The notes under the pieces: generated by a model
Database searches by the model: none
What the model saw: only the letters and a program-made list of their open reading frames with translations
Told to the model about the DNA's origin: nothing
Assembly (NCBI GenBank): GCA_947629385.1
Contig: CANRDO010000001.1
Coordinates: forward strand, 107,535-171,534
DNA from: an uncultured Lachnospiraceae bacterium
Lineage (GTDB): Bacteria > Bacillota > Clostridia > Lachnospirales > Lachnospiraceae
Length of the DNA stretch: 64,000 nt
Direction: 5' to 3'
Shown: piece by piece, positions 18,793 through 26,351 of the stretch
Position numbering within the stretch: position 1 is the stretch's first letter
How the letters are laid out: each line of letters starts with the position of its first letter
Translations under genes and position numbers: made by a program

Positions 18793-19498
18793 ATGATAAA
18801 AGGCTGGAGAGATTTATTCAGAACACATATATTGGAACGCGGGTTGGATTATTATGAGAGCCGTGCCATTAAGTCGCTGAAACAGACGGAAAAGGGATAT
18901 GAGGCGACGGTGGAGGGAACGGAAGAATATCATGTTGAGATAGAAATCAGTGACAATAGAATATATGATATGTTCTGCGACTGTCCATACGCGGAGGATG
19001 GAAATTACTGTAAGCATATGGCGGCTGTTCTTTATGAGATTACGGAAGGACAAGCTGAATCGACAGAAAGTACGTTGGATAAGCATTGAAGATTTTCTTC
19101 TAAACGAGTTTCAAGATTCGGATCTGCTAAAGCAAAGATTGAAAATGCTGGATAAGCTGATAGAGAAAGCTGGAAACGATACGGATGTCGGCAGCTGGTA
19201 TTCTGCGTATTACGGCTATGAGGATATCGTCCTGAAGCGTCTGCAGATCATGCAAAAGCTTGGATGCAGTGAACAGGAGATTTGGGAGTACAGGCAGAAA
19301 TTCAGACACTTTTCTGCTATCCGTAAGATGGAGATCGAGGAATATCTGGATAGGAATGACTATGAGAAAGCAATAGAAGTATTGCAGGAGAGCAAGAAGC
19401 TGGACCAGAAATATCCGGGGCTGGTCGCGGAATACAGCCGCCGATTGATAGAAATTTATAAGGGGATCGGACGGACTGACGCATATAAAACGGAGTAG
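18793..19498 (+). pseudogene. SWIM zinc-finger protein, frameshifted
   Basis: Frame A (to 19089) carries the SWIM CxCx(n)CxH motif (FCDCPYAEDGNYCKHMAAVLYE) and stops at DKH*. The reading continues in another frame (ORF 18950-19498, ...ISIEDFLLNEFQDSDLL...). Confidence 0.55.
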
Positions 19499-19513
19499 GT
19501 ATAAAGGCAGGAG

Positions 19514-20087
19514 GTGAGGGGATTGAAGGGAAATCTAAGCTCTGCGGATTATGAAATCATGCATGGGTCTGACATGGTGGCCAGAATAAGTCGCACAGGC
19601 AAAGCAATCGTGTATAAAGAAAAATTTCTGCCCTATGATCTTTATCTGGAGGAAAGACAGGACATTGATGATCTGGTCAATAATCTGCTCAACTTCTATC
19701 AATCATGACTTGAATACAGTGGACGAGTGCATACGGATCGACAAAAAGACGTATTACGGGATGAATATCATTGACTATCTGGTCGGAAATACAGACAGAC
19801 ATCCGGAAAACTGGGGATTCCTGGTCGACAATAGGACAAATGACTATATCTCCCTTTATCCGTTGATGGATTTTAATCAGAGTTTTTACAGCTATGAGAC
19901 GATTGATGGCGCGAATTGCCAGACGGTCTATCCCAAAAGAATGACACAGAGAGAAGCGGCGGAAGAGGCAGTCAGACAGATCGGGCTGAATCAGATACAG
20001 GAAGTGGATCCGGCGATTTTCGGAAATGAAGATGAGTGGAGAGAAATGTTCTCTAAAAGGCTTGATGTGCTGAGGCAAGCTGTTTAA
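19514..20087 (+). pseudogene. HipA-like kinase remnant (frameshifted and internally deleted)
   Basis: ORF 19514-19708 and ORF 19635-20087 lie in different frames. The latter has the HipA_C catalytic-loop-like motif YLVGNTDRHPENWGF. The total length is far shorter than a full HipA. Confidence 0.5.
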
Positions 20088-20100
20088 TTTTATATCCGGC

Positions 20101-20149
20101 TTGACATCAGGATAAGTTTATGATATATTCTCAGCACACACTGTGCTGA
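20101..20149 (+). promoter_or_regulatory. promoter of the TetR gene with an overlapping palindromic operator
   Basis: TTGACA (20101-20106), 17-nt spacer, TATATT (20124-20129). The palindrome tcagcaca-cac-tgtgctga (20131-20149) lies directly downstream. Confidence 0.65.
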
Positions 20150-20163
20150 AAGGGAGTGAAGAC

Positions 20164-20745
20164 ATGCCGGAGAGCGAACCGCTTATTCACGATGAGATGA
20201 GCGGCAGGATCGTGGACGAGGCGGCCAGGCTCGCCATGAGCGAAGGGGCAGGGGATGTCACAGTGCGGAAGATCATCCGGGCGCTGAATGTGACGAACAG
20301 AGTTTTTTACAACCGCTTTCACAATGTGGAGGAGGTACTTGCTCTCGTCTATCGGGATATGGCTGTCAGAATGCGCCAGAGCATTGTGGACCGTTTTGAT
20401 CCGGAGGGGGATTTTTTCGGGCAGATCACGGACATTGCCGCAGGAACGCTGACGCTCTCGTATAAGTTGAAGTCCGGCATGAACCAGTATGTCTTTGCTC
20501 AGGACAGTACGTCGCAGGAGAATTACCGCTGGTGGCAGGAGCGGATCTGCGGGCTTATCGAACTTGGCAAGAGCCGCGGCATTGCCAGAGCGGATCTGGA
20601 TTCCGAAACGATGAGCTATGCCATCTGGTGCTTTATCCGGGGCTACAATGCGGATGCGCTCGCAAGGGAATTGCCTGAGGAGGAAGCCGTGCGCGGTTTC
20701 CGCTATGCCTTTGGCATATTTCTGGACGGAATGAAGATAAAATAA
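20164..20745 (+). CDS. TetR/AcrR family transcriptional regulator (candidate fab regulator)
   Basis: HTH region VTVRKIIRALNVTNRVFYNRFHNVEEVL. ATG 20164 follows AAGGGAG. The gene sits immediately upstream of the fab operon. Confidence 0.8.
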   Translation: MPESEPLIHDEMSGRIVDEAARLAMSEGAGDVTVRKIIRALNVTNRVFYNRFHNVEEVLALVYRDMAVRMRQSIVDRFDPEGDFFGQITDIAAGTLTLSYKLKSGMNQYVFAQDSTSQENYRWWQERICGLIELGKSRGIARADLDSETMSYAIWCFIRGYNADALARELPEEEAVRGFRYAFGIFLDGMKIK

Positions 20746-20785
20746 ATGCAGGCAGCGTCGCTGTGCGGCGCCTTGTTTTAGCCAT

Positions 20786-20816
20786 TCTCAGCACACAGTG
20801 TGCTGAGAGAGATAAT
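20786..20816 (+). promoter_or_regulatory. second copy of the palindromic operator, abutting a -10-like GATAAT upstream of acpP
   Basis: tctcagcacac-a-gtgtgctgaga (20786-20808) has perfect 11-bp arms. GATAAT is at 20811-20816. No T-tract follows. Confidence 0.55.
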
Positions 20817-20959
20817 GAAGAAAGCATGATAATAATAGTTTCACCATAATTTGTGCCGCTGCCTGAAGAGCGGAGGAATATGGAAGTCAGATGGGTAATT
20901 CCTTACTTTATGAAGGAATATTAGCCATAAATTATTATTGCGGAAAAGAGGAGAACATT

Positions 20960-21193
20960 ATGTTGGAGAAATTGGTTTCAATCGTAGCGGAGCAGCTGCA
21001 TGTGGAGGAAAGCCGGGTGGTTCCGGAGGCAGATTTTAAGGCGGATTTGGGCGCGGATTCCCTTGATCTGTTTGAGCTTGTGAGTGCGTTGGAGGAAGAG
21101 TACGACATTGAGATTCCGGCGGAGGAGCTGGAGAACCTGACGACGGTTCAGTCTGTTGTGGATTATCTGGCCGGAAAGGGGATCGACGAATGA
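20960..21193 (+). CDS. acpP: acyl carrier protein
   Basis: 77 aa with the DLGADSLDLFELV phosphopantetheine-Ser motif. ATG 20960 follows AAGAGGAG. Confidence 0.9.
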   Translation: MLEKLVSIVAEQLHVEESRVVPEADFKADLGADSLDLFELVSALEEEYDIEIPAEELENLTTVQSVVDYLAGKGIDE

Positions 21194-22131
21194 TCAGGAC
21201 GGCGTTGACAGAGCTGCTCGGCATCCGGCATCCGATCATTCAGGGCGGGATGGCCTGGGTGGCGGAGAGCAGCCTGGCCTCCGCGGTGTCGAACGCCGGA
21301 GGGCTTGGGATCATCGCGGCGGCGAATGCGCCGGCGGACTATGTCAGAGCGGAGGTCCGGAAAACCAGAGAAAAGACAGATCGGCCTTTTGGCGTCAATG
21401 TGATGCTGCTGAGTCCGTACGCGGAGGAGGTCGCGGCGATCGCAGCGGAGGAAAGGGTTCCGGTCGTGACGACCGGCGCGGGAAATCCGGGTCCCTATAT
21501 GGCACAGTGGAAGGAAGCGGGGATTAAGGTGCTTCCGGTGGTAGCGTCCGTGGCGCTGGCCAAGATGATGCAGCGCGCGGGAGCGGACGCAGTGATTGCA
21601 GAGGGCTGCGAGTCCGGCGGACATATCGGCGAGGCGACGACGATGGCGTTGGTTCCGCAGGTTGCGGATGCGGTGCAGATACCGGTAGTGGCGGCAGGCG
21701 GCATCGGGGACGGGCGCGGTCTTGCCGCGGCGCTGATGCTCGGCGCGGACGGCGTGCAGATGGGGACGCGCTTTCTTGTGGCGGAGGAATGTGTGATCCA
21801 TCCAAATTACAAGGAAAGCGTGCTGAAGGCGAAGGATATCGGTACGGCTGTGACAGGCCGGTCGACCGGACATCCGGTGCGCACCCTGCGCAATCAGATG
21901 ACAAAGGAATACCTGAAGCGTGAAAAGGAAGGCTGCAGCTTCGAGGAGCTTGAGGAGATGACGATCGGTTCCCTGCGCCGCGCGGTGCAGGAGGGCGATA
22001 CGAAGAACGGTTCCTTGATGGCCGGACAGATTGCGGGTCTGATATCCAGAAAGCAGACCTGCGGGGAAATGGTTCAGGAGATCGCGCAGCAGGCGGAGGA
22101 ACTGTTATCCCATGCCGGTCGGTTCATGTAA
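21190..22131 (+). CDS. fabK: enoyl-ACP reductase II (FMN-dependent, FabK)
   Basis: 313 aa. IRHPIIQGGMAWV...GGLGIIAA (nitronate-monooxygenase fold). Occupies the position of S. pneumoniae fabK. Confidence 0.85.
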   Translation: MIRTALTELLGIRHPIIQGGMAWVAESSLASAVSNAGGLGIIAAANAPADYVRAEVRKTREKTDRPFGVNVMLLSPYAEEVAAIAAEERVPVVTTGAGNPGPYMAQWKEAGIKVLPVVASVALAKMMQRAGADAVIAEGCESGGHIGEATTMALVPQVADAVQIPVVAAGGIGDGRGLAAALMLGADGVQMGTRFLVAEECVIHPNYKESVLKAKDIGTAVTGRSTGHPVRTLRNQMTKEYLKREKEGCSFEELEEMTIGSLRRAVQEGDTKNGSLMAGQIAGLISRKQTCGEMVQEIAQQAEELLSHAGRFM

Positions 22132-22143
22132 GAGGAAAATGGT

Positions 22144-23064
22144 ATGTGTAAAACAGTGTTTTTGTTCCCGGGTCAGGGAGCGCAATATGCCGGCATGGCC
22201 CGGAAATTTTACGATTCGTATGGGGTCAGCCGCGCGGTGTTTGAAAAGGCGTCAAAGTTGAGCGGATATTCCATGGAAAAGCTATGTTTTACCGAGAATT
22301 CCCGTCTGGATGAGACGAGGTACACGCAGCCCGCGCTTCTGACGGCGTGCTGTGCGATCCTGGCGGCGGTGCGCAGCGAAGGGATACAGGCGGAAGCCAC
22401 AGCAGGGCTGAGCCTGGGTGAATACTGTGCGCTGACAGCGGCAGGCACTTTTGAATTTGAAGATGCGCTGCGCACGGTGTGCGAAAGAGGTTCCTACATG
22501 CAGGAGGCTGTCCCGGAAGGTCAGGGAATGATGGCTGCCGTGCTGAGCCGCAGACCGGTTCCTGTGGAGGAGATCTGCGAAAGCGTCCCCGGGATCGTCG
22601 CGGTCGCAAACGATAACTGTCCGGGGCAGAAGGTAATCTCCGGTGAGACGGAGGCGGTGAAAACAGCGGCGCAGAAGCTGCTGGAAGCGGGCGCGGCCCG
22701 CGTGGTCCCGCTGAAGGTGAGCGGCCCGTTCCATTCTCCCATGCTGAAAGAAGCAGGGGAAAAGCTGAAAGGGGTTCTGGAGCAGGTTCCGCTGAAAATG
22801 CCGGAGCTGACCTTCGTATCGAACGTGACGGCCCGTGCGGAGAGGGATCCGGAACACATAAAGGGACTTCTGGCCCGACAGGTCTGCTCTTCCGTGCTGT
22901 GGAGGCAGAGTATGGAATATCTGATCTCTGAGGGCGCGGATACGTTTATCGAGATCGGACCGGGAAAGACGCTGTGCGGTTTCCTGAAAAAGATCAACCG
23001 CACGGCGCGGTCGTTTTCCGTGGAGACGCCGGAGGATCTGGCGCAGGTAAAGCAGATGCTGTGA
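22144..23064 (+). CDS. fabD: malonyl-CoA:ACP transacylase
   Basis: FPGQGAQYAGM, GLSLGEYCAL, VSGPFHSP. Confidence 0.92.
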   Translation: MCKTVFLFPGQGAQYAGMARKFYDSYGVSRAVFEKASKLSGYSMEKLCFTENSRLDETRYTQPALLTACCAILAAVRSEGIQAEATAGLSLGEYCALTAAGTFEFEDALRTVCERGSYMQEAVPEGQGMMAAVLSRRPVPVEEICESVPGIVAVANDNCPGQKVISGETEAVKTAAQKLLEAGAARVVPLKVSGPFHSPMLKEAGEKLKGVLEQVPLKMPELTFVSNVTARAERDPEHIKGLLARQVCSSVLWRQSMEYLISEGADTFIEIGPGKTLCGFLKKINRTARSFSVETPEDLAQVKQML

Positions 23065-23134
23065 AGCAGGATCTCATGCCGGAAACTTGCGGGAAGCACT
23101 CCGCTAGACCTCGGAAAGACAGGAAAGAGGTGCT

Positions 23135-23254
23135 GGAAGGAAAGATAATGGAAGGAAAGATAATGGAAGGAAAGATAATGGAAGGAAAGATAGTGGAAGG
23201 AAAGATGCCGGAAGGAAGGATATCGGAAGAAAAGATGCTGGAAGGAAAAATAGC
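23135..23254 (+). repeat. eight tandem 15-bp units (GGAAGGAAAGATAAT-like) spanning the fabG ribosome-binding site and start codon
   Basis: Units start at 23135, 23150, 23165, 23180, 23195, 23210, 23225 and 23240. Units 1-3 are identical and the later ones diverge. The array reads in frame as MEGKI MEGKI MEGKI VEGKM PEGRI SEEKM LEGKI. Confidence 0.9.
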
Positions 23255-23975
23255 GCTTGTTACCGGCGGAGGACGCGGAATCGGGCGGGAGGTCGCGCTG
23301 ACGCTGGCACGTCTGGGCGCGGATGTGGCGGTAAATTACAGCGGTTCGGAAGATGCGGCCAGGAGAACAGCACAGGAGATCCGTGATCTGGGAAGACAGG
23401 CTATCGCGGTTCGCGCGGATGTATCAGATGCGGCGCAGTGCGAAGCGATGTTCCGGGACATGGAGCGGCAGCTCGGGAGCATCGACATTCTGGTCAACAA
23501 TGCGGGCATCACCAGAGATAATCTGGCTGTGCGCATGAGCGAGGAAGAATTTGACCGGGTGATCGAGACGAACCTGAAGGGAGCGTTTCTGTGCATGAAG
23601 CTGGCGGGAAAACGCATGATCAAAAAACGTTCCGGCAGGATCGTCAGCATCTCGTCGATCTCGGGGGTGCATGGGAATCCCGGACAGATCAATTACTGCG
23701 CGTCAAAGGCAGGCGTGATCGGTATGACAAAGTGTCTGGCGAAGGAACTGGCCGGCCGCAATGTTACAGTGAACGCGGTCGCGCCCGGCTATATCGACAC
23801 AGACATGACGGCGGTCTTGTCGGACAGTGTAAAGGATGCCATACTTGCGCAGATTCCATTGAAACGGATGGGGAACCCGCAGGATGTAGCGCGGACGGTT
23901 GCTTTTCTTGCCTCGGACTACGCGGGCTACATCACGGGGCAGACGATTCTGGTAGATGGAGGAATGGGAATTTGA
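23235..23975 (+). CDS. fabG: 3-oxoacyl-ACP reductase
   Basis: MLEGKIALVTGGGRGIG..., NNAG and YCASKAG. At 246 aa this is the canonical length. In-frame ATG/GTG alternatives lie at 23148, 23163, 23178, 23193 and 23205. Confidence 0.85.
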   Translation: MLEGKIALVTGGGRGIGREVALTLARLGADVAVNYSGSEDAARRTAQEIRDLGRQAIAVRADVSDAAQCEAMFRDMERQLGSIDILVNNAGITRDNLAVRMSEEEFDRVIETNLKGAFLCMKLAGKRMIKKRSGRIVSISSISGVHGNPGQINYCASKAGVIGMTKCLAKELAGRNVTVNAVAPGYIDTDMTAVLSDSVKDAILAQIPLKRMGNPQDVARTVAFLASDYAGYITGQTILVDGGMGI

Positions 23976-25207
23976 GAAAGCGGGTAGTTGTGACAGGAAT
24001 GGGAATCATCTCTCCTGTCGGAAATACAGTTCAGACATTCTGGGACAGTCTGAGAGCGTCGAGAGTGGGGGTCGGGAAACTGACCAGATTTGATACCTCG
24101 GACTACCGGGTAAAGCTGGCGGCCGAAGTCCATGATTTTGATCCGGAAGCCTACATGGATTTCAAGGAAGCGAAAAAGATGGAGCTGTTCAGCCAGTACG
24201 CGGTCGCTGCGGCGTCGGACGCGATCCGGGATGCGGCTCTCGCGACGGAGAACGAGGACCGCACCAGAATTGGCGTGTCGGTCGGCTGCGGCATCGGAAG
24301 CTTGCAGATATTGGAACAGGCGGCGGACAAATTGAAAAGCAAGGGTCCAAAGGCGGTCCCGCCGCTGATGGTTCCGCGCATGATCACCAATATGGCGGCG
24401 GGAAATGTGGCGATCCATTTCGGGCTGAAAGGAAAATGCATAAATGTCGTCACAGCCTGCGCGACGGGAACCCATTCCATTGGAGAGGCGTACCGCTGCA
24501 TCCAGTACGGAGACGCGGACGTTATGCTTGCGGGAGGGACGGAAGCTGCTATCACGCCGCTGGGGATCAGCGGTTTTGCGGCGCTGACCGCTCTGTCCGT
24601 GAGTGAGGATCCGCTGCGCGCCTCCATTCCGTTTGACAGAGAGCGCGGAGGTTTCGTGATGGGAGAAGGCGCGGCGGTGCTTGTGCTGGAATCACTGGAG
24701 CACGCGCGGGAGAGAGGAGCGCGTATCCTGGCGGAGATCGGCGGATACGGAGCCACCTGCGACGCGTACCATATGACTTCCCCGGAGGAGACAGGGGACG
24801 GCGCGGCGCGCGCGATGACGCTGGCGATGCAGGAGGCGGGGATCGCCCCGGCGGAAGTCCAGTACGTCAACGCGCACGGAACAGGAACTTACCATAACGA
24901 TCTGTGCGAGACACGCGCGATCAAAAAGGCGTTCGGAGAAGACGCGTATTCCCTGAATGTGAATTCAACCAAGTCGATGACAGGGCATATGCTCGGCGCG
25001 GCGGGTGCGGCGGAGTGCATCGTCTGCGTAAAGAGCGTGATGGAGGACTATATCCACGCCACGGCGGGTTTCCGAGAGGCGGAGGAGGAAATGGATCTAA
25101 ACTACACGAAAGAAGGCGTTTCCCGGATCGTCGATGCGGCGATCAGCAATTCGCTTGGGTTCGGCGGGCACAACGGCAGCCTGCTGATCAGAAAGTTTGT
25201 GGGGTGA
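23972..25207 (+). CDS. fabF: 3-oxoacyl-ACP synthase II
   Basis: TTG start overlaps the fabG stop; GGAGG is 9 nt upstream. RKRVVVTGMGIISPVG, ACATGTHSIG, NAHGTGT, GHMLGAAG. Confidence 0.9.
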   Translation: MRKRVVVTGMGIISPVGNTVQTFWDSLRASRVGVGKLTRFDTSDYRVKLAAEVHDFDPEAYMDFKEAKKMELFSQYAVAAASDAIRDAALATENEDRTRIGVSVGCGIGSLQILEQAADKLKSKGPKAVPPLMVPRMITNMAAGNVAIHFGLKGKCINVVTACATGTHSIGEAYRCIQYGDADVMLAGGTEAAITPLGISGFAALTALSVSEDPLRASIPFDRERGGFVMGEGAAVLVLESLEHARERGARILAEIGGYGATCDAYHMTSPEETGDGAARAMTLAMQEAGIAPAEVQYVNAHGTGTYHNDLCETRAIKKAFGEDAYSLNVNSTKSMTGHMLGAAGAAECIVCVKSVMEDYIHATAGFREAEEEMDLNYTKEGVSRIVDAAISNSLGFGGHNGSLLIRKFVG

Positions 25208-25211
25208 AAGG

Positions 25212-25724
25212 ATGAAACTGGAACTGGATGAGATTTTTAACGTGATCGATAAGGTAAACGAGGCGGAGCTGGATTCCTTTGCATACAAAGATGCGGATAT
25301 CAAACTGTCGATCAAGAGAAAAGGCGGCGGTGAGGAAGAGGCTGTACACTCGCCGATTCCCCAAAAAGTGAATCCTGCGTCGCAGATCGTGCAGGCTGCT
25401 GACGGCGGAGACGGGCCGGGCAAAGCGGCAGGAGGAGCAAAGGCTGAAAAGGCAGGAAATGCAGAAAACGCGGAGAACGCAGCAGGAGTTACGATTGACT
25501 GTCCGATGGTGGGCACCTTTTACGCTGCGCCGGCGGAGGACAAGGAACCGTTTGTCACCGAAGGAGACACAGTGAAAAAGGGACAGGTCGTAGGGATCGT
25601 GGAGGCCATGAAACTGATGAACGAGATCGAGTCGGAGTACGACGGTATCGTGGAGAAGGTTCTGGTCGAAAATGAACAGCTCGTGGAATACGGACAGCCG
25701 CTGATGCGGATCAGGGAGGTATAA
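25212..25724 (+). CDS. accB: acetyl-CoA carboxylase biotin carboxyl carrier protein
   Basis: EAMKLMNEIESE biotinyl-Lys motif, preceded by an Ala/Gly/Pro-rich linker. Confidence 0.9.
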   Translation: MKLELDEIFNVIDKVNEAELDSFAYKDADIKLSIKRKGGGEEEAVHSPIPQKVNPASQIVQAADGGDGPGKAAGGAKAEKAGNAENAENAAGVTIDCPMVGTFYAAPAEDKEPFVTEGDTVKKGQVVGIVEAMKLMNEIESEYDGIVEKVLVENEQLVEYGQPLMRIREV

Positions 25725-26150
25725 ATGAGATTAAATACAAAACAGATCATGGAAATTCTGCCGCACCGCGCGCCGTTTCTGCTGGTGGATTGCATCGATG
25801 AGCTGGAACCTGGAAAGAGGGCAGTCGGGCGCAAGGCGGTCACTTACAATGAGCCGTTTTTCGCCGGGCATTTCCCGGCTGAGCCGGTGATGCCGGGCGT
25901 GCTGATCTGCGAGGCGCTGGCACAGGTGGGCGCTGTGGCGCTGTTGTCCTGCGAGCAGTACAAAGGCAGGATCGCCTTTTTCGGAGGGATCAAAAACGCA
26001 CGTTTCCGGCAAAAGGTCGTGCCGGGGGACGTGCTTACGCTCGAGACCGAGTTGGTGAAGATCAAGGGACCGGTAGGGGTCGGGCAGGCGAAGGCCTACG
26101 TGCAGGGACGGCTCTGCGCGGAGGCGGAGCTGACCTTTGCGATACAATGA
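25725..26150 (+). CDS. fabZ: 3-hydroxyacyl-ACP dehydratase
   Basis: [12 protein letters not shown]...[16 protein letters not shown]. Confidence 0.92.
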   Translation: MRLNTKQIMEILPHRAPFLLVDCIDELEPGKRAVGRKAVTYNEPFFAGHFPAEPVMPGVLICEALAQVGAVALLSCEQYKGRIAFFGGIKNARFRQKVVPGDVLTLETELVKIKGPVGVGQAKAYVQGRLCAEAELTFAIQ

Positions 26151-26351
26151 GCCATACAGGACCGAGGGTTACTGTTCAGACCATGCCGAAGCGTTTGCTG
26201 CTGGGGTTGTAAGAAAGTAGGAAGCAGTTTGGGCTTCGCGTCGCTGGGCGCGGAATGAACAGTGATGATCAAAGAATTTCAGAAAGGATTTTCTGGGGAG
26301 ATGCGGCTCATGGTATTGCCGCGAAACAGACATGAGAAAGAAGGGAATGGC

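Larger units (their letters stand above)
16180..20100. other. low-GC genomic islet without recognisable mobility genes
   Basis: Hand counts of 60-nt lines. Inside the islet: 16201-16260 = 23/60 GC and 17581-17640 = 20/60. In the flanks: 15961-16020 = 36/60 and 20221-20280 = 40/60. Confidence 0.7.

Noticed and set aside
18633-18857. 74-aa ORF upstream of and overlapping the SWIM gene
   Set aside because: It has a TTG start without an RBS, overlaps the better-supported SWIM ORF start, and has no motif. It is probably non-coding or part of the decayed region.
20786-20808. The 23-bp perfect palindrome as a rho-independent terminator of the TetR gene
   Set aside because: The loop would be only 1 nt and no T-tract follows. 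A near-identical palindrome overlaps the promoter upstream of the same gene, which fits an operator better.
22974-23234. N-terminal extension of the fabG ORF (333 aa version) overlapping the fabD 3' end
   Set aside because: The extension overlaps fabD in another frame and has no SDR homology. The canonical FabG N-terminus (MLEGKIALVTGG) begins at 23235. The in-frame starts inside the 15-bp array are reported separately.
23135-23254. Tandem repeats (also 59094-59343 and 61756-61836) as a CRISPR array
   Set aside because: The units are contiguous with no spacers. They are 15-30 bp long, lie in or at coding sequence, and no cas genes are present.
23591-23971. Upstream extension of the fabF ORF (538 aa version)
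   Set aside because: It lies out of frame inside fabG. FabF homology starts at RKRVVVTGMG, with a TTG start and GGAGG RBS at the fabG stop.
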